Below are positions 24,852 through 37,164 of a DNA stretch of 64,000 nt, piece after piece. This DNA comes from Hemiscyllium ocellatum. Its lineage: Eukaryota. Under the pieces are notes generated by a model that was given only the letters and a program-made list of their open reading frames with translations, was not told the origin of the DNA and did not search any database. The position numbers and the translations under genes are program-made. Numbering within the stretch: position 1 is the first letter of the stretch; each line of letters starts with the position of its first letter. The stretch spans positions 186,001-250,000 of the forward strand of contig NW_026867444.1 of NCBI RefSeq assembly GCF_020745735.1, given 5' to 3'.

Positions 24852-26148
24852 TGAGAGACATGAGTATGATTAAAAACAGAATGACAGAGAGGGAGGGAGT
24901 ACGATTGTAGATTTGGGAATACAGAGAGGGAGGGAGAGAGACAGAGGGAGGTATGGAGAGGAGAGATAACAGAGGATCGAAATTGAAGCGAGAGAGGGAA
25001 GGAGTTATGGAGACAGTGAGAGATGGAAAAATAAAGATTATGAGATGGAGTGAGAAAGCATAAGTGAATTGGGGAGAGTGGCTATGAGACAGAGTGAGAG
25101 AGAGCGAGAACATGAAAGAGATTAATAGTAGGAGAGAGAGGGATAGAGAGAAAGAAGTGGCAGATGTGAGACAGAGAGAGAGAGGTGGATAGGTCCTGGT
25201 CACCACATTCTGAGAAGGATGTGATTGTACTTGAGAGGGTGCAGAGATTTACCAAGATGCTGCCTGGGATGGAGGGTCAGCTGTGGGGAAATCTTGGAAA
25301 GGTTGGGATTGTTTCCTTGGAGCAGTGAAGGCTGAGAGGGGACATGATAGAGGGGGATAAGATTATTTGGGGCAGTGATAGCGTGGGTAAGAAGGCACTT
25401 TATATATCAGTAAAGGACTCAATAACCTGTGTCCCAGGTAACACAGACATGGACACATAGAAACTCGGAACTGGAGTAGGCCTTTTGGCCCTTTGAGTCT
25501 GCTCTGTCATTCAGTATGATCATGGCTGATCCTCTCTCTCAAAACCATATTCCTGCTTTCTCCCTATTCCCTTCATGCTGTTAAAATGCAAAACAATTAT
25601 CTCTCTCTTTTTCTTGAATTTATTCAGTTCCTTGGGTTCCACAGTTGTCCTACCCTTTGAGTGAAGAAATGTTTCCTCATCTCAGTCCAAAATGGTCTAC
25701 CCTGTATCCCCCTGAGACTGGGTCCCCTGATTCCAGACTTCCCAGCCAGGGGAAACCTCCTCCTGTCCAGCCCTGTTAGAATTTTAAACATCTCAATCAG
25801 ATTCCCTCTCATCTTTCTAAACTTGAGTGAGTCCAGGCCCAGTCAAATTGGAGTGATAGGAGAATTGAGGAGAACTGTTTTCACCCAGAGGGTGGTGGGA
25901 GTCTGGAACTCACTGCCTGAAAGGCTGGTTGAGTCACAAACTCTCGTGACATTGGAGCAGTGTTTAGATATTCCCTTGTGTTGCTGTAGCCTCCAGGGTG
26001 ATGGGCCAAGAGCTGGAGGATGGGATTAGTGTCATTAGATCTTTGTTTACTCACATGGACACAATGGGCCAAATGGCCTCATTCAATGTTGTTCACATCA
26101 ATGATTCTCAGAGAGAGAGAGAGAGAGAGCGAGAGAGGGAGAGAGAGA

Positions 26149-26242
26149 AGAGGAAGTGTGAGGGGCTGACGTGGCTCTCTCTGCCTGATGCCATTTACAT
26201 AGGAACACCCAGTCAGACTCTCACAGGCTGCAGCTTTATAAA
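26149..26242 (+). promoter_or_regulatory. IgL V promoter (copy 2)
   Basis: ATTTACAT 26193-26200, TATAAA 26237-26242. Confidence 0.75.
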
Positions 26243-26302
26243 GCAGAGCCCAGTGAAGGGAGAGTTTATCAGGAACCAGGCACAGGGACAGGAGCACACA
26301 CC

Positions 26303-26351
26303 ATGATTTCACACATCCAGCTGATCTGGCCCCCGGCATTCTGTGTCGCAG
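26303..26351 (+). CDS. IGKV: Ig kappa-type leader exon (copy 2)
   Basis: Identical to 11037-11085. Confidence 0.92.
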
Positions 26352-26537
26352 GTACAAATCTCTCTCCTTCCACCTTGAATCTTCAGCTGCTCTCCATTCC
26401 ACTCCAATTCCACTGACTTGTGATTGAAGGGAAAATGCTGAAACCAGAAGAATGCTCTTTGTCTCCAACAATCTCTCATTTGACAGGCTCTTTCTGTGAC
26501 AGTTCTGACTTCACTGTGATTCTCTCTGACCCCTCAG

Positions 26538-26833
26538 TTATCAGTGGGGACATCATCATGACCGAGTCTCCCCCGGTGCTGTTAATGGGACTGGGCCAGA
26601 CTGCAACCACCACCTGGATGACCAGTCAAAGCATTAGCAGCTACCTTGCTTGGTACCAGCAGTGAGAAGGTCTGAAACCCTCTCTCCTTATCTATGATGC
26701 AACAAATCGATTCACAGGAGTCTCCGATCGATTCACCGGCAGTGGATCAGGGACCAGTTTCACCCTGACAATCAGCAACGTTCAGAATGAAGATGTCGCT
26801 GACTATTACTGTCAGCAGTATAGCAGCAGCCTT
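26538..26833 (+). pseudogene. IGKV: Ig kappa-type V exon, pseudogene (copy 2)
   Basis: Same Cys23Trp and TGA (26663-26665) as copy 1. Confidence 0.95.
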
Positions 26834-26861
26834 TACAGTGATACAGTGCCATACAAAATCC
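26834..26861 (+). other. V 12-RSS with TACAGTG heptamer (copy 2)
   Basis: TACAGTG-12-ACAAAATCC. Confidence 0.92.
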
Positions 26862-27305
26862 TCAACACGCACAACACCACCTTCTGTACTGACACATCCA
26901 ACAGTTATATGAAATGTATAATAATGGACAAACAGTCCCATCTCCTGCACTGACACATCCATAGTTATATATAAAGTAAATTGAACAAATTACCCCATGC
27001 TGGGTTTGTCACTGTCCACTACACACTCCAGTCCCTGTGGTGTCCACCGCTCACTGAAGGCCTCAAGTTTCCCTCTTACACTCCATGGCCACATGTGAAG
27101 AACAGCTGCAAAATTTAACAATGAAAACTAAATTTCACAAACCCCCGAGAGTAGCTGGACACAACCCCGGAAGACAGAGAAAGATAGGCACATGAATGAG
27201 GGAGAGACAGAGAGGGGTAGGGAGTGAATGAGATTGACCAAGAATAGACAGAGACAGAGAGAGACAGGGAGAGGTTGAGAGTGACAGGGGAAAGCAGAGA
27301 GCTGA

Positions 27306-27344
27306 GGTTTTTGTACAGCCTCTGCACTGGGAGCTCTCACTGTG
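27306..27344 (+). other. J 23-RSS, consensus (copy 2)
   Basis: GGTTTTTGT-23-CACTGTG. Confidence 0.97.
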
Positions 27345-27379
27345 GTACACGTTCGGTAAAGGAACCAAACTCAAACTGA
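27345..27379 (+). CDS. IGKJ: Ig kappa-type J segment (copy 2)
   Basis: YTFGKGTKLKL; GCAAGT donor 27380-27385. Confidence 0.95.
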
Positions 27380-30300
27380 GCAAGTAAACCTCAATTGTCC
27401 GTTATTAACCCTGTCAATACTGAAATACACTTTCTAAAATACAGTTACTGACTTGTTGAAGGTGTTAATGGGGAGCTGCAGTGAATGAAATGGTTGATTG
27501 AGGAGCACTGTGTCGAACAGGGTGTCCAGCTGTACTTCTTTAGTTCCATTGCCCCACTTAAGCAGCAAGACAGAAGTCAGTCAGTTTTACTCACTGTGTG
27601 GAGGAGCTCTGTCCATTTGCAGCCTGTGGTCCCATTCCTGCAGCATGGAGTGAAATCAGTGAGTAACCTCCTGCCAGTCTCAGTGTGACAGACACGGGCA
27701 GATTTTGATGTGAGCTCTGGCTCCCTGTCTCAGTCTCTGATCTCACTGACCTCAGCAGCAGCAGCACAGTGAGACACCAAGCTCCCACCTCCCCCAGCTT
27801 TAACTCTGCTCAATCACACAATCACAGAATTGTTACAGTGCACAAGGTGGCCATTCCACGCATCCTGTCTGGACCGTCTCTCTGAATGAGCAATTGACTG
27901 AGTGTCATTCTCCTGCCTTCTCCCTGTCACTCTGCACATTGTTCCTTTTCAAATAACAGCCTCATCCCTTCGGAATGTTTTAATTGAAGCTGCCTCCACC
28001 ACACACTCAGGCAGTGCATTCCACACCTTAACACTCACTGGCTGAAAATGTTGCTCCCCATCTCACTTTTGTTACTTTTCCCAATTACTTTCAATCTGTG
28101 GTCTCTTGGTCTGAATCCTTTCTTAATTGGGAACATTTTCTCCCTATTTACTCTGTCCAGGCCCTTCCTGATTTTGAATTCCTTGAACAAATCTCCTCTC
28201 AGCCTTCTCCAAAGAAGACAGTCCCAAATTCTCCAATCAAACTTCATAACTGATGTTCCTCATCCCTGGAATGATCTTTGGGAACAATTTTTGCCATCGC
28301 TACAAAACATTCACCTCCTTCCAGAATTCTTCACATTATCTATGTCCCTCATGATTTTCCAAACCTCTACAAGGTCACTCCTCAGAACCTTCCGCTTCAG
28401 GGTAAGAAGTCTCAGCTTTTCCAGCCGCTCATAGTCATGGAGTCATACAGTGTGGAAACAGACCTTTCAGTCCAACTTGTCCATGCTAACCAAATATCCT
28501 AAACTGACCTCACCTCATTTGCCAGCATTTGGCTTACATCTCTCGAAACCCAACCTGTTCATGTACCCATCCCAATGTGTTTTAAATGCTGTAACTGTAT
28601 CTGCCTCCAACGTTTTCTCTGGCAGCTCAATCCAGACACGCACCACCCTCTGTGTGACAAGTTACCCTTCAGGTCCCTTTTGAATCTTTTGCCTCTCACC
28701 GTAAAATTATGTCCTCTTGTTTTGGAATCCCTTTCCCACGGAAAAGACCTTGGATATACACCCAGTCCATGACCATCATGGTTTTATAAACATCTATAAC
28801 GTCACCCCCGAGGCCTTAGATGCTGCAGGGAATATAGCCCCAGTTTCTTCAGCCTTTCCCTGTCGCTCGAACCCTCCAAATCCTGGCCACATCCTTGTAA
28901 ATCTTTTCTGCAGCTTTTTAAGTTTAACAACATCCTTACTATCTCAGGATAACAGGATTGTTCACATCATTCCCAAAGTAGCCTCACCAATCTCCTGTAC
29001 TGCTGCAACTTGATGTTCCAACTCCTGGACTCAATGCAGTGATGAACAAAAGCAAGCAAACCAAACACCTTCTTCATCACCCTGTCTACCTGTGACCCCA
29101 CTTTCAAGGAATAATGTACCTGCATCTTCACCCCTAGGTCTGTTATTCAGCAACACTCCACAGGGCCCTCCCATTAACTGTATAACTCCTGCCCTGGTTT
29201 GCCTTTCCAAAATGCAACATCTCACATTTATCTAAACTGAACTCCATTTGCCACTCTTCTGCCCATTGCCCCATCTGAGCAAGGTCCCGCTGTACCCTGA
29301 GATAATCTTCTTCACTATCCACTGTCCCACCAATTTTGGTGTCATTTACAAACTTACCATAACTCCTATATTCACATCCAAATCATTTCTTTAAATGATG
29401 AAAAGCATTTGTGGACTCAGCACCAATCTTTGCGGCACACAGCTGTTCACAGATCTCCACTCTGAAAAGCAACCTTTTACCACCACTCTCTGTCTCCAAT
29501 CTTCAAGCCAATTTTTTGACTCCAATGGCTCGCTCCCCCTGGATCCCATGTGGTCTAGCCTTACTAACCAGTCTATCAAGTGGAACCTTGTCAAACACTT
29601 TACTCTGAAGCCCATATTGACAATGTCTACTGTTCTGTCTTCATCAATCCTTTTTGTCAACTCCTGAATCAAATTCAGGAGACGTGATTTCCTATGCACA
29701 AAGCCACACTGATTATCCAAACGATGTAAATCCTGTCCCACAGAATCCACTCCAACATCTTACCCAGCACTGACATCAGGCTCACTGGTCTATCGTTCCC
29801 TTGCTTTTCCTTACAGCCTTTCTGAAATAAGGGCATAATCTTAGCCAATCTCTCTGTTTTTCCAGCACCTTATCCATGGTTGCCGATGATACATATATCT
29901 CAGCAAGGGTCCCAAAAGTCTCTTCCCCAGTTGCCACAATGTTCTGGGATACACCTGATCAGGTCCTAGGGTTTATCTGTGTTTTATGATCTTTAGTGTC
30001 TCCTCATTTATATGTGTTCTCTTTTCAAGACATCACTGTTTTTCTAAATTCCTTAGCTTTCCCCACAATATATACTGACCTAAAATATTTGTTCAGGATC
30101 TCACCCATCTCTTGTGTCTTACCAAAATACAGCACTCACATTTATCTGAATTAAATTCCATCTGCCATTCCTCAGCCCACTGGCCCAGTTGGTCAAGATT
30201 CCATTGTATTCTTAGACAGCCTTCTTCACTGCCAATGATTAGATTAGATTCTCCACAGTGTGGAAACAGGCCCTTCGGCCCAACAAGTCCACACCGATCC

Positions 30301-33300
30301 TCCGAAGAGTAACCCACCCAGACCCATTTCCCTCTCAGTAATGCATCAAACACTATGTTTGATGCATTACTGAGAGGGAAATCTCAGTCGATTCCCTTGA
30401 ACTCAGCACCGCCCTCCTAACCTGCAATCTTCTTCCTGACCTCTCTGCCCCCACCCCACTCCGGCCTATCACCCTCACCTTGACCTCCTTCCACCTATCA
30501 CATCTCCATCGCCCCTCCCCCAAGTCCCTCCTCCCTACCTTTTATCTTAGCCTGCCTGGCACCCTCTCCTCATTCCTGATGAAGGGCTCTGGCCCGAAAC
30601 TTCGAATTTCCTGTTCCTTGGCTGCTGCCTGACCTGCTGTGCTTTAACCAGCAACACATTTTCAGCATCAAACATTATGGACAATTTAGCATGGCCAATT
30701 CACCTGACCTGCACATCTGTGGACTGTGGAAGGAAACCAGAGCACCCGGAGGAGAAACACGCAGACACAGGGAGAATGCGCAAACTCCACACAGACAGTC
30801 ACCCAAGGTTGGAATCGAACCTGGGGCCCTGGTACTATAAGGCTGCAGTGCTAACCACTGAGCCACCCTGCTGACCCCAACCCCTTAGCCACCACTAAGC
30901 CACCAATGCCACCTGAAAATTCACCAAAACACACTCTTACCACTCTGGTCACTATATTCAGAAATTAAAGACCCCCCCTCCCCCATTTATAACGGCTCTA
31001 TCATATTTGCAGGTCTCTGTAAATTCCTTGCATTTGTATTCCTCCACATCCTTCCCACTGGGTGGTGACTTATTGACTGCTCTGAGGATTCTGTGATCCT
31101 TGGTGTTCCTCTCTGATATTCGCCCCTGGCTCCCACAGCCCTGCCAAGTTAGTTTAAACTCTCTCTAACAGTAGTAAACCACCTCACAAAAATCTAAAGC
31201 CCTCCCTCATGGATCCTCTTTCCAGCCCAGCAATCACCTGTGTTCACCTCCTGATTCTATTCTCACTTGTGTGGGGTGCTGCAAATGTGTTGCTGGAAAA
31301 GCGCAGCAGGTCAGGCAGCATCCAAGGAGCAGGAGAGTCGACGTTTCGGGCCTGATTCCTTCTTCACTTGCGTGGGGCACTGGGAATAATCTGGAGATTC
31401 CTACTTTTGAGTTCCTGCTACTAATTAGCAGTAGGAACTCAAAAGTAGGAAGCTCCAGATTACTTAAAAGTAGGAAGCTCCAAAACTTCTGACTGGAGGA
31501 CCACATCTCTTTTCTCCCTCTGTCACTGGGACCAATGAGGACCACAACTGCTGCCTGTTCCCCCTCTCCCCTCAGGGTTCTCTGCAGCCGCTCAGTGATA
31601 TCCTTAACCCTGGCACTAGGGAGACAACACACCATCCTGAATTCCCATCTGCAGCTGCAGAAACATCTATCGACTGCCCTCACTCTCCAATCTCCTCTCA
31701 CTATCACTCTTCCAGTCTTCCTTGTGCCCCCCTGTACAGCTGCCCCCCCGCCCCCCCCCCCCCCCCCCCCCCGTGGTGCCAGGGACTTCGTCCTGGCTAC
31801 ACTCCCCAGCTGAACCATCATTCTCATCAGGATTCTGAACTGAATCCTGGTTGGAGAGTGGGATACACTCAGGGGATTCCTGTACTAGCTGCCTGGCCCT
31901 TTTGGACTGTCTGCTGCTCCCCCATTCCCTCTCTCCCTGCATACTCTGAAGCTGCAGATGACCACATCTAGAAACGTTTCTCCATGGAGCTCTCAGCCTC
32001 ACGGACGCTCCACACTGACACCAGCTGCTGGTCCACCTCCAAAACCCGGAGCTCCAACTGCTGTCACTGACCACACTTCCTGTACTCATGGAATTCCAGG
32101 AGCTGGGAAACATTCTGAAGTTCTCACATGGATGCACACTCTCTCCACTCTTGGATTATCTCTTTGCAAAGTTGTGATGACAAACAGCTACATCAGGGCT
32201 CAGAGTCCAGTGTTCAGTGGGTTCAGTGTTCCAGGGTTTTGGAGAAACTCTCCAGAAAACTTTGAGAAATAGGAGCAGAAATCAGCCATTCAGCCCATTG
32301 AATCTGCTCTGCCATTTGACCTTGGCAGATATGCTTCTCACCCCATTCTCCTGCCTGCTCCACAGGAACTTTCCATCCCCTTAACAATCATGAACCTATC
32401 TACCTCTATCTTAAATACACTCAGTGACTTGGCCTCCCTGCCCTCTGTAACAATGAGTTCCATAGATCCACCACCCTCTGGCTGAAGAAATCCCTCCTCA
32501 TCTCAGCTCGGAAGGGTCGGCCCTTCATTCTGAGGCTGTGCTGCGGTTACCTCGTCTCTCCTGTATTTGGAAACATCTTCTCCCCATCCACTCTATCCAG
32601 GTCTATCTGTATTCTGCAAATTTCAATAAGATCCCTCCTCATCCTTCTAAACTCCATTGAGTACAGACACAGAGTCCTTAACCGTGCCTCATATGACAAG
32701 CCCTCCATCCCCAGGATCATTCTTGTAAACCCCTCCAGTGCCAGCACATCGTTTCAAAGAATATGGATCCTAAATCTGCTCACAATATTCCAAATTCAGA
32801 CTGACCAGAGCCTTACACAGCCTCAGCAGTACATCTCTGCTCTTGTATTCTGGCCCTATTGAAATGAGTGCTAACATTTCATTAGCCTTCCCAAGCACAA
32901 ACTGGACCTGCCTGTTAACCTGAAGAGAAACCTGAATGAGGTTTGTGCTTTAGATTTCCAAAGGCTTTCCTCATTTAGAAAATACCTCCACACCCTGACT
33001 CCATTGATTCCTGAAATATCATCAAAAATGTCTCCACAATCTCCTCGGTGATCTCCTTCAGAACACATTGGTGTAATTCATCTAGTCTGGGTGAGTTATC
33101 CACACTCAGACATTTCAGCTTCCCCAGTACCTCCTCCTTAGTAATGGCCACTGCTCTCACCTCTGTCCCCTGACAGTCTTGAAGTTCTGGGACACTGCTG
33201 GTGTTTTCCATTGTGCAGACTGATGTAATGTATGTATTCAATTCCTCTGCTTTTTCTTCATTTCCTATTATTCTTTTTCCAATGTCTATTTCTGTTTCCC

Positions 33301-34574
33301 TCTTCCTTTTTATATATCTGATGAAATTCTTGCAATATTCTTTTATATTACTGGCTCGCTTTCCCCCACATTTCACCTTCTGTACCCTGAATGTTTTTTT
33401 TGTTATCCTCTACAGGTTTTTAAAGACTTCCTAATCCTCTGGCCTCCCACTATTTTCCACCACATTGTGTGCTTTTTCTTTTGCTTTTATGCTGTCCTTG
33501 ACCTCCCTCATCAGCCATGGTTACATTGTCCTCCCCTTAGTGTGTTTCTTCTTTTTTGGGATAAATTCCTACTCTGCTTCCTGAATTACCCCCAGAAACT
33601 CTGCTGTTTGCTGCCACACCATCTTACCTGCTCAGCTCCCCTTCCAATCAACTCTGACCAGCTCCTTCCTCACGTCTTTGTCGTTCCCTTTACTCAATTG
33701 AAATACTGTTCCATCTGATTGCAGCATCTGCCTCTCAAACTGCAGGGGGAATTCTATCGTATTATGGTCACTTATCCAGAGGGACACTTTCATCTTCAGC
33801 TCACTGACCAAGTTTGCCTCATTACACATCACTGAATCCAGAACTGCCTGTTCCAAACCGCAAGCTGTTTCAAAAACCATCTCATAGACATTCCATGAAA
33901 TCTTTTTGTTGAGACGTGCTATCCAGGCCACTTATCCATTGAAGTCTGCCCTGACCTTTTTTTTATGACTTTTCTGTCTCCTGATTGATTTCCTTCCCCA
34001 CACGCTGTTTACTGCTTGGAGACCTGAACTTGCATCAGATTCTTTATTTCTTGGGTTCCTCAACACTCCCCACACAGATTCTACACCTTCTGACTGTACA
34101 ACAAGCTTATTGTGTATATCTTGTGCATTTAAGTAGAACACCCTCAGTCCTACATTGACTGCCCTCCTTCTCATCATTGTCCTCTTATCTGCTGTGCTTG
34201 ACATTTGATTCCTGATTCCTTCCATGCTCTCAGTCCTATTACATCTTCGAGAATCTTAGCTAACCTCTCCTAAGCCCTCCTCCACTTTAACTAGTTTAAA
34301 TTTCTTGGAAACTCAATTTACCTCGATTTGGAGCATCACTTTGTCTCCCTGACTCGGAATGCTTCGTGAACTTAGACACAAAATCTTTAAGTTTGATCTA
34401 TTATTGATTTTCCCTGCACATTTATGGTTCATTTGATGTTCAAAAATTCCATCCCTTCCTTTTATTTACTTGTAACAATCAATCCCATCACTAACCAGCA
34501 ATCCTACCTTCTCCTTTATCTTCTATTTTCTCAGTTTCCATTCAACTGAACCAAATTACTTTCTCTTTGGGTTG

Positions 34575-34745
34575 AGTTCAGGCCTATATTTATCATTGAG
34601 CCAACATCATTATTGCTCTTTGATGTCATTGCTTCCAGTGGGATCTTGCTGTGCAGAAATTGGCTGCCCCTTTCCTGAAATTGCAACAGTGACTGGTTTT
34701 CAAGCAAAGTGTAACTGTCTTTGGGAGAGCCTGAGGTGCTGAGGG
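34575..34745 (+). mobile_element. Deu-domain SINE 3' fragment (counterparts at ~19300-19470 and ~61490-61650)
   Basis: gtgggatcttgctgtgcagaaattggctgcc resembles the AmnSINE1/SacSINE1-type tail (recalled consensus). Confidence 0.6.
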
Positions 34746-34839
34746 CTTGATTGAAACACAATTAGTGTCAGGGAGATGCACAGCATGGAAACAGACTCTT
34801 CGATCTGACTCATCCATGTCAACCACAGTGACATAGAGT

Positions 34840-35520
34840 CATAGTGTCAGAGAGATGTACAGCACAGAAATAGATCCTTCTGTGTAACTCGTCTATGCCG
34901 ACCAGTTAACCTAAATTAATCTAGTCCCATTTGTCAGTATTTGGCCCATATCCTTCCAAACCCTTCCTATTCATATACTCACCCAAATGCCTTTTAAATG
35001 TCATCATACCAGCCTCCACCACTTCCTCTGGCAGCTCATTCCAAAAATGTACCACTCTCTGCAGTAAAACATTAAGCCTTAGTTCCCGTTTAAATCATTC
35101 CCCTGATACTTTCCACCTATGCCCCCTAGTTCTGGACTCCTTCACTCTGACCAAAATATCTTCTCTATTCACTTGATCAATGTCCCTCATTATGTTAGAA
35201 ACCTCGATATGGTCACCCCTCAGCCTCCAGCCATCCAGGGAAAATAGCCTCAGCCTATTCAGCCTCTCCCGATCGCTCCAACCCTCCTACTTGGCACATC
35301 CTTGGAAATATTTTCTGAATCATTTCAAGGTTCCCAACATTTTTCCTACAGCAGGGAGGCCAGAATTCCACACAGTATTCCAAAAGGGGCCAAACTAATG
35401 TCCTGTACAGGTGCATCAGCTCCTAACTCCAAAACTCAATGCGTTGCCCAATAAAGGAAATCATGCTAAATGACTTTGTCACCCGCTTACCTACCTGCAA
35501 CTCCACTTTCAAGGAACTAA
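34840..35520 (-). mobile_element. CR1 3' fragment
   Basis: Same 3'-end text as other CR1 copies. Confidence 0.8.
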
Positions 35521-35599
35521 TCTTTTTTGGGTTGAACTGAGAGTCTTTTGGTTGTGCTATTTTAATCACCCTTCTTGCTTTCACTCGCAACTAAAAATA

Positions 35600-35935
35600 A
35601 GATAAAGGAGGTGATGATTTAATGGTACTATTGCTGAGCTGTTCATCCAGAGATCCAGATTAATGTTCTGGGGGCCAGAGTTAGAATCCTGCTGCAGCAG
35701 ATGGTGGAATGTGAATTCCATAAAACAATCTACAATTAAGTGTCGAATGATGACCATGAAACAATTATTGATTGTCAGGAAAAAGCCATCTGATTCCCTG
35801 ATGTCCTTGAGGGAAGGAAGCTGCCATCCTTACCATGTGACTCCAGACCCACAGCAATGTGGTTGACTCTTAACTGCCCTCTGGGTGATGAGGGATGGGC
35901 AATAAATGCTGATCCTAGCAGTGACACTCACATCC
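35600..35935 (+). mobile_element. Degenerate shark SINE ending in gagggatgggcaataaatgctg tail
   Basis: Tail recurs at ~46680-46745 and ~62120-62175. Confidence 0.6.
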
Positions 35936-36084
35936 AAGAAGCAATTTGAACAATGCCTGTTTATTTCTGGGCTTTGTTAGGTATTGGCTACAAATGTTCA
36001 AATGGATTGTTTTGCCAGTGAATGTTCAGAGAGTTAAAATCAGTTTGAATAAAAGGGATTAAAATTGTTTCTCTTGTCTTTCAG

Positions 36085-36413
36085 GCCGTGAGAACTCTCA
36101 GCCCAAGCTGACCCTGCTGCCCCCCTCCCTGGAGCAGGTCAATGCCAAGGGCACTGCCACCCTGGTGTGTCTTGCCAATCACTTCTATCCCGATGAGCTG
36201 GAGGTGCAGTGGAAGAAGGATGGTGCAGTCATTTCGGACGGGGTTCAGACCAGCAACTACCTGCGAGCTTTGGACAGCACCTACAGTGTCAGCAGCCTGC
36301 TGACCCTCTCTGGGTCTGACTGGGAGTCCGACGCTCGCTTCTCCTGTGCCCTCACCCACGTGACCCTCCCCTCTCCCCTCAGCAAGAGCATCAGGAGATC
36401 AGAATGCATGTAG
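36085..36413 (+). CDS. IGKC: Ig kappa-type constant exon C1, intact
   Basis: Polypyrimidine-AG acceptor 36083-36084; (S)RENSQPKLTLLPPSLEQVNAKGTATLVCLANHFYPDELEVQWKKDG..STYSVSSLLTL..FSCALTHVTLPSPLSKSIRRSECM*; both domain Cys, Trp and penultimate Cys present. Confidence 0.97.
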
Positions 36414-36939
36414 TGTGTTCAAGACAGTCCACAGAGGAGACACAACTTTAAATAGAACAGGGCTGAGCTGGCAGGACAAAGGTCATTGTCAGAACTGAAT
36501 TTCAACTCTCTTCCTTCTCAGGACCAGCTCAGAGACATTTCTGAGGTTCAGGGGTTAAGGCAGGTCATTGGGACAGAGTAGATAGAGATTTACGCTGTGT
36601 CAAACCCCATGCTGTCCCTGTTCTGGGAGTGTTTGGCGGGGGCAGAGTTGACTTGTGATGCCAAGTAAAATCTCTTGAAGTTGCTAAAGACTGTCAGCTG
36701 TACAAAACAATGTGAACCTCAGAAGTCTCTGTTTCAGTAAACCAGATCTCCTTCCTGCTCAGCCGCCAGTTCCAATTTAAGGTTTTGTCACTGTTTAAAG
36801 GGACAGGATTCTCGTGCTATTGAGAAAATCTCCACAAGTGTTTTCCTCAAGCTCCAATGTGGCTGTGAATTTGTGCAGCTTCCTCTGTCTGGGCTGTTAA
36901 TTGCAGTCTGTTTTCTGTCAATGTCAATCTGGAAAAGGG

Positions 36940-36945
36940 AATAAA
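36940..36945 (+). terminator. Polyadenylation signal of C1
   Basis: AATAAA followed by GT-rich tract; conserved in the C2 3'UTR. Confidence 0.7.
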
Positions 36946-37164
36946 GATGAAGAAGATTCAGTCTCTGTCTCTGTGCGCTTTAGAAATTGACCACTCCATT
37001 CAGCTGATTGGCTGCATTTCAGCATGGCATTGTCACAATTGGCTCATTGGCCTGTCAATCAATGACACATCCGTTGTAGAGGATACTGACAGCCAATCAT
37101 CAATCACTTTCAAATGATCCCTTTGATCTGGAATCACTTGAGGTTACAAGATTCCAAACAGATT

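Larger units (their letters stand above)
19600..34866 (+). repeat. Copy 2 of the ~15.3 kb direct duplication
   Basis: Offset 15270 at start, 15266 at V/J, 15280 at end. Confidence 0.97.

Noticed and set aside
36240-36413. Adjacent double substitutions between C1 and C2 resembling shark tandem hypermutation
   Set aside because: Two doublets among 14 differences in 329 nt is not clearly above chance, and these are germline C exons.
36780-36796. GGTTTTGT directly adjacent to CACTGT in both C 3'UTRs
   Set aside because: No spacer and imperfect elements; shared only because the UTRs are paralogous.
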